A stretch of DNA of 64,000 nucleotides from an uncultured Clostridium sp. (GTDB lineage Bacteria > Bacillota > Clostridia > TANB77 > CAG-508). Location of the stretch: the NCBI GenBank assembly GCA_948465565.1, contig CAOJXR010000008.1, forward strand, positions 778-64,777. The letters run 5' to 3'. Position 1 is the first letter of the stretch. The number at the start of each line of letters is the position of its first letter. The notes beneath the pieces are model-generated. The model was not told where the DNA came from. It made no database searches and saw only the letters and a program-made list of their open reading frames with translations. The translations under genes and the position numbers were made by a program. This document shows positions 1 to 10,211 of this stretch, piece after piece.

Positions 1-190
1 ATACTGCATTTCCTCCTTTAGATACACTGCTTGTCCCTCCTAATTCTTTATTTACATTTTTTTCTCCTATTGGCATAGTTTGATTTTCACTTGGTTTTTT
101 AAAAACTGTATATCCAGCAAATCCCAATATTCCTACAACTATAACTATTACAACTCCAATCAATACTCCAATTATCTTATTCTTTTCCAT
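1..190 (-). CDS. N-terminal part of a signal-anchored protein (gene runs off left edge)
   Basis: ATG at 190 on minus strand. Translation MEKNKIIGVLIGVVIVIVVGILGFAGY... gives an N-terminal TM anchor like the two sortase-like genes next to it. Only about 63 codons are in the window. Confidence 0.45.
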   Translation of the reverse strand, partial: MEKNKIIGVLIGVVIVIVVGILGFAGYTVFKKPSENQTMPIGEKNVNKELGGTSSVSKGGNAV

Positions 191-208
191 TTCAATTTTT
201 CTCCCTAC

Positions 209-889
209 TTATATTTCTTTTGCTCTTACAATAATTCTTCTGTCTGTTGTGTTTGCATCGTCTGTGCAAGTTGATAGAGTAATTTCGCATTTATTTTCAT
301 CTGAAACTTCAGTATAGCAAGTTGTATCTGTACTTGTCGTTTCAAATGTTTCATATACTTCATAAGTTACTTTTTTTCCTTCTCTGTCTAATATATATAT
401 TTTATCTCCATTAACTAATTGTCCATTTTTTGAGAAAAATAATGAATTTCTGTAATTATGTCCGTATATTACAACATTTCTTCCTGTTATATTTACATCA
501 CTATTTGGCGGGTACATTACAGTAACTCCTAGTTCTAGTGAACGTGGCGCTGTTTCATTTAAAATTGTACATTTTAGTTTTGTTTTTGGAATTTCAATAG
601 TACCTACTATCTCATAATCTTCCATATATTGTTTGTCTCTATTTTTATCTCTATCGCTTGTACGATTTAATGCATTCATTGATAAATTGCTTGTGTTTCC
701 ACTGTTTGATACTGAAGATGATCCACCTAACACTTTTTGTTCAAATTCATTTGCTGCATCTGTATACTTCTTTTTTGTATTGTTTTCATTTAAAAGGCTA
801 TATCCAAAATAACCTAATGTTCCAAATATTCCTATAATTATTATAACCAAAGATACTGTTAGTACTTTGCTATACTTATTCTTCTCCAT
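209..889 (-). CDS. sortase family transpeptidase (SrtB-like), membrane anchored
   Basis: N-terminal TM helix, catalytic-type motifs YGHNYRN and TLSTC, and a conserved Arg near the C-terminus (RRIIVRAKEI). Start moved to the ATG at 889 (AGGTGA 5 nt upstream); the GTG at 898 lies inside the RBS. Confidence 0.75.
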   Translation of the reverse strand: MEKNKYSKVLTVSLVIIIIGIFGTLGYFGYSLLNENNTKKKYTDAANEFEQKVLGGSSSVSNSGNTSNLSMNALNRTSDRDKNRDKQYMEDYEIVGTIEIPKTKLKCTILNETAPRSLELGVTVMYPPNSDVNITGRNVVIYGHNYRNSLFFSKNGQLVNGDKIYILDREGKKVTYEVYETFETTSTDTTCYTEVSDENKCEITLSTCTDDANTTDRRIIVRAKEI

Positions 890-1062
890 ATATATCACCT
901 CTGTTTTAATTTGGTAATAAAACCCTCTCTTTATATTTTACATGTTTTATTATCTATTTGTCAATTATTTGTATTTAAAAATCGAGCATGGATTAGGCAA
1001 CATTTTATTAATATTACACAAAAATAAAGGCAATACCCTCTTGTATTACCTTTATACTTGTT

Positions 1063-1830
1063 TTATTTCTCTCTTGCCCAAATTATTATTCTTTCTCCAG
1101 TTTTCAATCCATTATCTGTACATGTGCTCAATGATATTTCTCTTGCTCCTCCAGTATCTCTTTGGAAAAAGCTAGCATCATCTTGAGACGTTATATATTT
1201 ATTATATATTTCATATGTTATCTCTAAACCAGAGGCATCTGTTATTTTTATAATATTACCAACAACTAAATTTTTATTTTTAGAGAAAAACAATCTATTT
1301 TTATAATTGTGTCCTGCTATTACTGTATTTCCTGGTTTATTTAATCCATTTGTACTATATACAATGCCTACTCCTTTTTCTAATGCTTGTGGACTTGGAT
1401 TATCAAATATTGAGCATCTTACATTTGTGGCTGGTATTACTATCTTTCCTAATACCCATTGTCCACTTATATATATTCCTGATGAGCCCCCTGAACTATA
1501 TGAACTTCCTCCTGATGAGCCTCCGCTTGAGCCACCATTAGAGCTACTGTTTCCACTGCTGCTTGTTCCACCTTGGTTTGTCCCTGATGGAATTTCTCCA
1601 TTTGCTATTTGTTCTTCAACTTCTTTAGCTGCCCTAGCCCTTATTTCTTGTATTTCTTCTTCAGTTAAAGTTGGTATTTGTTTTTCAAATTCATCTGTAA
1701 TTTCATTTGATTCATTTTCTTTAACATTACCACTTATAACTTCAAATCCTAAATATCCAACAATTCCAAGAATTATTACTATTACAATAATCAACAATAA
1801 TGTTAATGTGTCTTTTCTCTTAGATTCCAT
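1063..1830 (-). CDS. sortase family transpeptidase paralog with Gly/Ser-rich linker
   Basis: TM anchor, long GGSSGGSS linker, then AGHNYKN, SLSTC and ERIIIWAREK motifs parallel to the neighbouring gene. GGAGGG RBS favours the ATG at 1830 over 1848. Confidence 0.75.
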   Translation of the reverse strand: MESKRKDTLTLLLIIVIVIILGIVGYLGFEVISGNVKENESNEITDEFEKQIPTLTEEEIQEIRARAAKEVEEQIANGEIPSGTNQGGTSSSGNSSSNGGSSGGSSGGSSYSSGGSSGIYISGQWVLGKIVIPATNVRCSIFDNPSPQALEKGVGIVYSTNGLNKPGNTVIAGHNYKNRLFFSKNKNLVVGNIIKITDASGLEITYEIYNKYITSQDDASFFQRDTGGAREISLSTCTDNGLKTGERIIIWAREK

Positions 1831-1888
1831 TAAAGTTATACCCTCCATATATCACATATTATAACATTTTTATTTTACTTTTTATATG

Positions 1889-2227
1889 TTAAATTATGTT
1901 AGTAGATAATTTCTCCCCTGCTAGCATGTGAAAATGAACATGCATAACCGTTTGTCCTCCATCTTCTTTGCAATTATTTATTATTCTAAAACCTTTTTCA
2001 TCAATATCATATTGTGCTGCTATTTCTTTCACTGTCTTAAAAATATCTTTTATTACTTCATCATCATTAACATCTAATATTGTTTCATAATGTTTTTTAG
2101 GAACAATTAATATATGTATTTTTGCTTCTGGATTTATATCTTTAAAAGCAACTATGTTTTCGTTTTCGTATACAATTTCTGAATTTATTTCTTTATTTGC
2201 AATTTTGCAAAATATACAATCACTCAT
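1889..2227 (-). CDS. HIT (histidine triad) family nucleotide hydrolase
   Basis: 112 aa. N-terminal CIFCKI and C-terminal histidine triad HVHFHML. Confidence 0.9.
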   Translation of the reverse strand: MSDCIFCKIANKEINSEIVYENENIVAFKDINPEAKIHILIVPKKHYETILDVNDDEVIKDIFKTVKEIAAQYDIDEKGFRIINNCKEDGGQTVMHVHFHMLAGEKLSTNII

Positions 2228-2240
2228 TTGTTTTTCCTTT

Positions 2241-3992
2241 CTATAATAATATAGCTTTTATCCTTCTTACTCCTGATGAAGATGCTTCTTCTTTCTTTAT
2301 TTTAAATGTTCCTAATTTTCCTGTACTTTCTACATGAGGTCCGCCACAGAATTCTATAGATACATCTCCAATTTTATAAACAATAACATCATCTCCGTAT
2401 TTATCTAAGAACATTGCTTCAGCACCTAGTTTTAGTGCTTCATCTTTTTTCATTTCTAATCTTTCAACTTTTATGTCTTGTTGTATATATTCATTTACTA
2501 AATCTTCAACTTTTTGTTTCTCTTCGTCTGTCATTTTAGCACCATGTGAAAAGTCGAATCTCATTCTTTCATGAGTTATATTGCTTCCCTTTTGATGAAC
2601 ATGGTTACCTAAAACTTGTTTTAACGCTGCATTTAGAAGATGTGTCGCTGTGTGATATTTTGTTTCCATTTCTCCTGTTGATGCTAGTCCACCTTTAAAT
2701 TTAGCTTCACTTCCCATTCTTGATTTAGCTTGATGCTCTTCAAATAGTTTTTGATATCCCTTCATATCAACTTCAAGTCCTTCTTCTTTAGCTAACTCTT
2801 CTGTCATTTCTGGTGGAAAACCATATGTTTCATAAAGGTTAAATACAGCTTCTGATGGTATAACTTTTTCTCCATTTGCTTTAACCTTGTTTGAAACTTT
2901 CTCAAATTCTCTTTCTCCATTTTTAAGAGTTTTTACAAATTTATCTTTTTCTTCAATTATTACTTGTTTTATTGTTTCTCTATTAGTATCTAGTTCAGGA
3001 TATAATTCTTTTAAACTATCTATTGATACGTCAACCACTGTCTTTAACTCATCTAAGTTAATCTCTAATTTGTTCATATGTCTAGTCATTCTACGTAACA
3101 ATCTTCTTAATATGTATCCTCTATCAACATTGCTTGGTCTACCACCATCATTTATAATCATCATACTTGAACGTAAATGCTCTGTAATAATTCTTCTGCT
3201 TTCTATACTGTCAACTTTTTGTAATTTCTCTAGTTTCTTCATTACAGGTGCAAATACTTCTATTTCATAAGGAGTTTCTTTTCCTTGTAATAACATAGCC
3301 ATTCTTTCTACACCAAGTCCAGTATCAACATTTTGCTGGCTCAACTTACTATAACCATTTTTATCTTTGTAAAACTCCATAAATACGTTATTCCATATTT
3401 CAACATATTTACCACATCCACATGAAGGATTACATTCATCTGAGCATTTTGTTTTTCCAGTATCATAGAATATCTCTGTATCTGGTCCACATGGTCCTTC
3501 TTCTCCAGCAATCCACCAATTGTCTTCTTTTCCAAAGAAGTATATTCTTTCTTCAGGAATTCCAGCTTTTTTCCAACATTCAAAAGATACAGTATCACGT
3601 CCACAATCTTCATCTCCTGCAAAACATGTTACTGATAATTTTTCATTTGGTATTCCTAATTCTTTTGTTAGGAATTCATAACTCATAGCTATTGATTCTT
3701 CTTTAAAGTAGTCGCCTAAAGACCAATTTCCTAGCATTTCGAAATATGTTAAATGTCTATTATCTCCAACTTCATCTATGTCATTTGTTCTTACACATTT
3801 TTGATAATCAACAAGACGTACTCCTGCTGGATGTTTTTCTCCTAAAAGGTATGGTACTAATGGTTGCATTCCAGCTGTTGTAAATAATACAGATGGGTCA
3901 TTTTCTGGTATAACTGGTGCACTTGGTATTACATTATGTCCATGATTTTTAAAAAAGTTCAAATATTTATTTCTAATTTCTATTACTTTCAT
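2241..3992 (-). CDS. alaS: alanine--tRNA ligase, unusually short form (583 aa)
   Basis: N-terminus (FTTAGMQP, GNWSLGDYFK, VEIWNNVFMEF) is a canonical class II AlaRS core. The C-terminus carries the editing-site HTATHLL and CGGPHV motifs and then stops. There is no C-Ala domain and no room for one before the HIT gene. Confidence 0.85.
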   Translation of the reverse strand: MKVIEIRNKYLNFFKNHGHNVIPSAPVIPENDPSVLFTTAGMQPLVPYLLGEKHPAGVRLVDYQKCVRTNDIDEVGDNRHLTYFEMLGNWSLGDYFKEESIAMSYEFLTKELGIPNEKLSVTCFAGDEDCGRDTVSFECWKKAGIPEERIYFFGKEDNWWIAGEEGPCGPDTEIFYDTGKTKCSDECNPSCGCGKYVEIWNNVFMEFYKDKNGYSKLSQQNVDTGLGVERMAMLLQGKETPYEIEVFAPVMKKLEKLQKVDSIESRRIITEHLRSSMMIINDGGRPSNVDRGYILRRLLRRMTRHMNKLEINLDELKTVVDVSIDSLKELYPELDTNRETIKQVIIEEKDKFVKTLKNGEREFEKVSNKVKANGEKVIPSEAVFNLYETYGFPPEMTEELAKEEGLEVDMKGYQKLFEEHQAKSRMGSEAKFKGGLASTGEMETKYHTATHLLNAALKQVLGNHVHQKGSNITHERMRFDFSHGAKMTDEEKQKVEDLVNEYIQQDIKVERLEMKKDEALKLGAEAMFLDKYGDDVIVYKIGDVSIEFCGGPHVESTGKLGTFKIKKEEASSSGVRRIKAILL

Positions 3993-4035
3993 TCCGTTCC
4001 TCCTTAGACTTATAAATTATATTATATTTTAAAGT

Positions 4036-4070
4036 AAAAAGCAATAGTACATATTATAACTATTGCTTTT
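4036..4070 (-). terminator. rho-independent terminator after spoVT
   Basis: 12-bp perfect stem AAAAGCAATAGT/ACTATTGCTTTT with a 10-nt loop. A U-run follows on the minus strand. Confidence 0.7.
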
Positions 4071-4075
4071 AAACT

Positions 4076-4630
4076 TTATATTTCTAATTGACTTCCTAAT
4101 ATACCAGCAGCTGATTGAACAACTTTAAGTTCTGTATCTGACATCTTTTTGTTTGGTTCTTTTGACATTAGAACAACACTTCCTACTGAATCTCCATCAG
4201 ATATAATCGGATATATTACTTGTGAATGAAAAACTCTTTCTTTATTTTCATTTTTACTTAATGGAATAGCTAACTCATCATTGTCTTTGCTTGTGTAAAT
4301 TTCTTTGTTTTCAATAACTTCTTCAAGTTCTTTGCTTATATTTTGTTCTAACAAATCTTTTTTAAGTCCTCCTGAAACAGCTATTATTGTATCTTTATCT
4401 GTTATACATGCAATATGTCCTGTTGTTTTTGATAATGTTTCAGCATAGTTTGTAGCAAACTCTGATAATTCTCCAATTGGTGAATATTTTTTTAATACGA
4501 TTTCACCATCTTTTTCAGTAAAAATTTCAAGTGGAGATCCTTCTCCAATTCTAAGAGTTCTTCTTATTTCTTTTGGAATAACTATTCTTCCTAAATCATC
4601 TATTCTTCTTACGACACCTGTTGCTTTCAT
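4076..4630 (-). CDS. spoVT: stage V sporulation protein T (AbrB-type N-domain plus GAF-like C-domain)
   Basis: MKATGVVRRIDDLGRIVIPKEIRRTLRIGEGSPLEIF is the near-invariant SpoVT/AbrB swapped-hairpin N-terminus. Length of 184 aa fits SpoVT. Confidence 0.93.
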   Translation of the reverse strand: MKATGVVRRIDDLGRIVIPKEIRRTLRIGEGSPLEIFTEKDGEIVLKKYSPIGELSEFATNYAETLSKTTGHIACITDKDTIIAVSGGLKKDLLEQNISKELEEVIENKEIYTSKDNDELAIPLSKNENKERVFHSQVIYPIISDGDSVGSVVLMSKEPNKKMSDTELKVVQSAAGILGSQLEI

Positions 4631-4707
4631 CTTACCCTCCTTGTTATATTTTGTCTATTTTTATTTTGCTCTTTTTTAGATAAAATATACAAAAAAGGAT
4701 TTTATTT

Positions 4708-6666
4708 TTATTCAAAATTTTCTTGATTGTATAAGTCTATTACAGTTCCTAAATCTCTTGCAAATTCTCTAAGCATTACCAATTTAATATTTATTTCTTT
4801 TCCTCTGCAATAGTCTTCTAGAACATTTTTTAATCTCTTCATAAACTTATACTCGCATTTTAGTATATCAGTATTTTTTCTTGCTCTATCTATTAACATT
4901 TCTTTTATTCTAACTATATCTTCATTGCTTGCACATGTAATTCTTTGGAACATTCTATATGCATCATAATATTTGAATATAGGAAATTCCATACATTCAC
5001 TATCAAATCTATCGTAGAACAATTCCATTTTAATTGGTATACATCTAAATATGTCATCTGCTTTGTCTTTATACATTTTTTCTTCAAGCTGATTATTTAA
5101 GTCTTCAAAGTGTTTTAATACTTCTTCTATTTCAGGCCCTGTTTCATTTATTCCTACTCTTGATAATTCTTCTTCAACATTATCACAGTATTGCGAATTT
5201 TTAACCGCTTTATCCATTCCTTCTAGGAACTTCCTTTTAGTTGCAATTAAATCATTTTGTATTAATCCTCTTTTTATAAAATAGCTGAAATATGAAAATA
5301 ATTTTACAATATCTATTAACTGTAATCTTCCTTCTTGTACATCTTCTAATACTTCTTGTATTACTCCTGGGAATTGCTCATCAGATATCTTCCAATATTC
5401 TTCTGTAAGTAAACGTTTATATCCAGGTAATTTTTCTGTGTCTATTGTATTTATGATTGCATCCATATCTTGTTTTAATGCTTTCATATCAAAAATTCTT
5501 GTACGTACATATATTTCAATAAATTTGAAGAATCTATATTCTGATTTAAAATTAAAATAATAGTTGTTATCGAATTCTTTGATATAGAATTGTCTATTAT
5601 CCATCAGAACTCTTGAGGATACAAGTATTGCCTTATATTCTTCATTACTTTGAATGTTTACAAATTTGTTTTTAGTTATTTTACCAGCTTTAATTTCAAA
5701 TGATACCGCTATTGTAAATATAAGCATTGTTTGTAATACTCTTCTATTAGTATTTGGATATGCTTTATTTACATTCTCAAAAATTTTCTTAAAGTCGTTT
5801 AATGCATGTTTTAAAATTCTTAAATTTCTTGTACCACTCTTATTAAATGTTGAAATAATAAGATTAGTGTTTTCTCTTAAAAATCTGATTAAGTCTGGAT
5901 TATTTTCAAATCTTAAAAGTAATCCATTTATTATGTAATTAAATTTAGGTGCATATTCGAAAGTTTCTCCAATAAGTTTCTCTTTTATTCTTTCATAATC
6001 ATTTGCATTATCAAAAACATATTCAATTTTGTCTCTTATCTTTTCAACCATTGGTTTCTCATCGCTTTTAGCTAAGTCATTTTGTTTGTCCAAAAGATAT
6101 GTTGCAATAAATGTTTTCATTTCAATATTTGAACTTTTGAATTTTGTTGCAAGTTCTTTCTCATTGCATATGATTATTGTTTTTATATGATCGTGCTCAA
6201 CAAAGTTGTTTATATATCCTAAGATATCTACAACATCAACATTGGCTCTTTCCAAATCATCAAAACACAATACTTTGTCATCTGTTGAGAAGAATTTTTC
6301 ATAATCAACTTTTTCTCCGTTTTTAGTTACTCCAAAGAAGTTTGCCATGTCTAGTCCAGTTTTTGCATATTCTGGAATAGTAGTTTGTCCATGTGCGCCC
6401 ATATATTTCTTTAAGTTTTTATCCATAAGCTGAGATGTTTCAATAAATATCTTTTTGCTTATTTCTTCTAGATTAGAAATTCCATACAAGGACATATATA
6501 TAGTTGTATAATTCTTTCCATTTAATTGCAATGATTCAATTTTGTTTTTTATTTTATGGTTCCAAAAATAGGTTTTTCCGCTTCCCCATTCACCATTTAT
6601 CATTACTGCATAATCTGTATAATCTGCTCTTACATAATCTAATATGCTTTCAACTAAATCTTCCAA
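4708..6666 (-). CDS. KAP family P-loop NTPase
   Basis: 652 aa. Walker A GEWGSGKTYFW near the N-terminus and Walker B-like VLCFDDLER, followed by a long helical C-terminal region. This is the typical KAP architecture. Confidence 0.8.
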   Translation of the reverse strand: MEDLVESILDYVRADYTDYAVMINGEWGSGKTYFWNHKIKNKIESLQLNGKNYTTIYMSLYGISNLEEISKKIFIETSQLMDKNLKKYMGAHGQTTIPEYAKTGLDMANFFGVTKNGEKVDYEKFFSTDDKVLCFDDLERANVDVVDILGYINNFVEHDHIKTIIICNEKELATKFKSSNIEMKTFIATYLLDKQNDLAKSDEKPMVEKIRDKIEYVFDNANDYERIKEKLIGETFEYAPKFNYIINGLLLRFENNPDLIRFLRENTNLIISTFNKSGTRNLRILKHALNDFKKIFENVNKAYPNTNRRVLQTMLIFTIAVSFEIKAGKITKNKFVNIQSNEEYKAILVSSRVLMDNRQFYIKEFDNNYYFNFKSEYRFFKFIEIYVRTRIFDMKALKQDMDAIINTIDTEKLPGYKRLLTEEYWKISDEQFPGVIQEVLEDVQEGRLQLIDIVKLFSYFSYFIKRGLIQNDLIATKRKFLEGMDKAVKNSQYCDNVEEELSRVGINETGPEIEEVLKHFEDLNNQLEEKMYKDKADDIFRCIPIKMELFYDRFDSECMEFPIFKYYDAYRMFQRITCASNEDIVRIKEMLIDRARKNTDILKCEYKFMKRLKNVLEDYCRGKEINIKLVMLREFARDLGTVIDLYNQENFE

Positions 6667-6755
6667 TTTTTACTCCTTTTCATTTTTTCGTTTGTAATTA
6701 CTTTTGCACAATAATTATAACATATTCAAAAATTTTTTTAAAAGGTATTTTTAGG

Positions 6756-7394
6756 TTAAATTTCTCTTTTGGCTAATACTAATACATCTATTTTTTCTGT
6801 TTCAGACTTTTTCAGTTCTTCTCTGCATGCCTTTATTGTGTTTCCCGTTGTATATATATCATCTAATAATAGTATTCTTTTATTTTTAAGGATTTTGAAA
6901 TTCTGTATCTTATATACGTCTTTTACATTTTCTATACGCTCTTTTTCACTTAGACTACTTTGTTTTTTATTCTGTTTTATTTTTACAATAGCATCTTTTA
7001 TATAATCTATTTTCAATTTGTTTTTAATACTTTCAGCAAGTACTTCTGTTTGATTATAACCTCTTATGTTTTTGTTTTCTATATACATTGGTACTGGAAT
7101 TATATAATCATATTGTTTTAATTCTTGTACAAATTCTTGATTTTTGCTAATTATTTCTGCAAATGTTTTTGCTAAATATGCTGATTCTTTAAATTTAAAT
7201 TTTAATATAAATTTTCTAATATTTTTTTCATATTTTCCTACACAAAATATATAAAAATCTTTTTCTAATATTTTTATATATTTGCATTCTTCTTTTAATT
7301 TGTAATAACATTTGGGGCAAATCCAAGTTTTATATAGTCTTTTACATATTCCACAACATGTTGGAAATATTATATTTAATATTTTTTCAATCAT
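6756..7394 (-). CDS. comFC: ComF family protein (phosphoribosyltransferase-fold, N-terminal Cys4 finger)
   Basis: CCGIC...CPKC zinc-finger-like N-terminus and the PRTase motif ILLLDDIYTTGNT. Confidence 0.8.
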   Translation of the reverse strand: MIEKILNIIFPTCCGICKRLYKTWICPKCYYKLKEECKYIKILEKDFYIFCVGKYEKNIRKFILKFKFKESAYLAKTFAEIISKNQEFVQELKQYDYIIPVPMYIENKNIRGYNQTEVLAESIKNKLKIDYIKDAIVKIKQNKKQSSLSEKERIENVKDVYKIQNFKILKNKRILLLDDIYTTGNTIKACREELKKSETEKIDVLVLAKREI

Positions 7395-7403
7395 ATATAG
7401 TTT

Positions 7404-9630
7404 TTATTGATTAAGTGAACTTATTATTTGGTGTTTTAAACCTGTATTGCGTTGTCTACTATCTATGTTTTGAATCATAAATTCAACTAGTTTTTCTTCC
7501 CCTAAAACTATTAATAATTTTTTTGCTCTTGTAATGGCTGTATATAATAGATTTCTAGTTAGTAGCATTGGTGCTGCTTGTGGTATTACAATTATTACAA
7601 CATCAAATTCGCTCCCTTGTGATTTATGAATTGTAATAGCATATGCAAGTTCTAATTGGTCTAATTCCGAAAATTGATACCATACATTTTTTCCATCATC
7701 AAATACTACTTTCATCTGTTTATCAGATAAATCTATTCTTTCTATTCGACCTATTTCTCCATTAAATACACCTGTTGAATTTTCATATCTTCCATCTGTT
7801 TCTTTATCCCAGAAAATATCATAGTTGTTTTTAATTTGCATTACTCTGTCGCCTTCTCTAAAAATAACATCTCCATATTTCTTTTCATTTTTAAAGTCAG
7901 CTTCTTTGTTTATTTCTTCTTGAAGAATTCTATTTAATTCCTTGGTTCCAAGCATTCCTTTTTTAGTTGGTGTTAGTACTTGCATGTTTTGGAAGAAATC
8001 ATAATTACCGAAATTTTGTAATCTACCTGTTGTCAGTGAAACTAATTCTAGTAATATTCTTTCTTGCATTTTTGCTTTAATAAAGAAAAAGTCATCTTTA
8101 GTATTTTGCTCAGCACTTTCTTCTTTTGTAATAAATCTCTCTCCTTTGTTTACATTATGGGCATTTAAAACTATTTTACTTTGTGCAGCTTGTCTAAAAA
8201 TTTTATCTAAGTTTGTTGTAGGTACTTTTTCTGATTCAATTAAGTCTCTTAGTACACTTCCTGGTCCTACAGCTGGAAGCTGATTACTGTCGCCAACTAG
8301 AACAAGCTTTGTTCCCATATATATTGCCTTAGTAATATAATTCATCAAAAATACATCAACCATTGACATTTCATCTATTACAATAACATCTGCATCTATT
8401 GGAGTGAAATCTATATCTATGTTTTCTAATTTATTATCTTCAATTTTTCCTATGTCTAATAGTCTATGTATTGTTTTAGCTTCCTCTCCTGACTGCTCTG
8501 ACATTCTTTTTGCTGCTCTTCCTGTTGGTGCGCATAGCACTACTTTTTTACCGTTTAATTTATATATATCTATAAGTGCTTTTATAATAGTTGTTTTTCC
8601 GTGTTCCTGGTCCACCAGTGATAATGCTTATATTAGAATTATTAACTTGCAATAATGCTTCTTTTTGTTTTTCTGAAAGCATCATTTGTAAAAGGCTTTC
8701 TTCTTTAGCAAGTTGACTATCGAAATCTGCTATATATTTCACATTTTGTGTTTTAAGCATCATATGTATTCTTTGTGCAATTCGTTGTTCTATTTTATAA
8801 AATTCTGCTAAAAATACCCAATCAACTTCATCAATTTCTTCTACAATAACCTTATCTGTTGCTCTAAGATTTATCATTACTTCGTCAATGTATTTTTCTT
8901 CAACTCCTAATCTTTCTTTAACAAACTCGTATAATTTTTCTTTTTGTACACATGTATTTCCATTATAGCTTGCAACTATTAGACTATAACGTATACCTGC
9001 TCCAATTCTTTGATAACTATTAATATCTATTCCTATGTCAATTGCCATTTTATCTATTTTAAAGAAATCTACACCATATGTAATATCAACTAATACATAT
9101 GGATTTTTTTGTATTTCTTCTATGGCATCATTTCCAAGTGCTTCGTACACTTTTTTGCTGTTACTTGCATTTATTCCAAATTTCTCTAAAAATCCTACTA
9201 TTTGCCATAGATTCCATTTAGTGTTAAATTCTTCTGCCATTTCTAGTGCACCTGTGGATGAAATTCCTTTTATGTCTGCTAGTTTTTTAGGTTCAAACTT
9301 AAAAACATTTACTGTATCTTTTCCAAATCTTTCTATTATTTTTTTAGCAATAGTAGGTCCAATTCCTTTTACTACTCCACTTGCTAAATATTTTTCTAAA
9401 GCATCTGTTGTTTCAGGCAATTTCTTTTCAAATGTATCTATTTTAAATTGCCTACCATAATCCTGATGTGTTACAAATTTTCCTTCTAAACTTAAACAAT
9501 CTCCTTCATTTATAAATGGTAGATATCCAACTACTGTATATTCATCTTCTTCAGTTTTTAACACTGCAATAGTATAACTGTTGCTATCGTTTTGATATAT
9601 AATTTCTTGTAATTGTCCCTCTAATTTCAT
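7404..9630 (-). pseudogene. recD2: RecD2-type SF1B helicase split by a 1-nt frameshift inside the Walker A motif
   Basis: ORF 8560..9630 ends ...ITGGPGT-RKNNYY*. ORF 7404..8615 resumes in another frame with (V)DQEH-GKTTIIKAL. Removing one C near 8601 restores GGPGTGKTT. Downstream helicase motifs (VIDEMSMVD, VGDSNQLPAVGPG, TIHKSQGSEF) are intact. Confidence 0.85.
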
Positions 9631-9674
9631 TTGTTCTCCTTTTCCTTTTGTAGTCTATCAAAAAATTTCTTATT

Positions 9675-9995
9675 TTACAACATTTTTCTTATCTTTATAT
9701 TAGGATGTTCTTCATGCAGCTTTTCTAATATTTTATATGTTTCATCATTTGACCCTTCATCTATTATTTCAATTGTTTTAAAGCCTATCTCTTTGCTTTG
9801 CAAATATAATACTTTTCTTAATATTACTTCTATATTCTCTTCTTTGTTTTTAACTACTAATTGGCATTTTATATCTTCATCAATGTCTATGTTTTTGTAT
9901 AAAATTTGATATATTATTTCTTTTACACATATGTACCACCCAATAATGCTGAATGTAATTATCATGATATAAATAAAATTCTCCATTTTCATCAC
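9675..9995 (-). CDS. small membrane-anchored protein with a GT2-like N-terminal fragment
   Basis: One TM helix followed by IEIIDEGSNDETYKILEKL, which resembles the start of a family-2 glycosyltransferase fold. The ORF stops after 106 aa, so function is unclear and it may be a remnant. Confidence 0.35.
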   Translation of the reverse strand: MMKMENFIYIMIITFSIIGWYICVKEIIYQILYKNIDIDEDIKCQLVVKNKEENIEVILRKVLYLQSKEIGFKTIEIIDEGSNDETYKILEKLHEEHPNIKIRKML

Positions 9996-10211
9996 TCCTG
10001 CTATATTTTATGTTTTTATTCTTATTTTTGAGAATATTTATTTATATTTTTTGTTTTATTGTCATTTTTTTGCAAAAAGTAACGTGGTTATTCCTCTGAA
10101 ATAATTAAAATTTTGAACTATGTGTTTTTCTATATAATAAAAACAGACCATATATACCTTAAATATAAATATTTAAAGTATGTATAGCCCGTTTTTTGTT
10201 TATATTATATA

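Noticed and set aside
1400-1560. Gly/Ser repeat DNA in the sortase paralog, and the KKE-repeat DNA at 55150..55420, as tandem repeats or VNTRs
   Set aside because: Both are in-frame low-complexity coding segments of supported ORFs. The units are imperfect at the DNA level.
2241-3992. Short alaS as a lesion-truncated pseudogene
   Set aside because: The stop is followed within 14 nt by the HIT gene, and no AlaRS-like coding remnant exists downstream. The short length appears native (reported as a finding instead).
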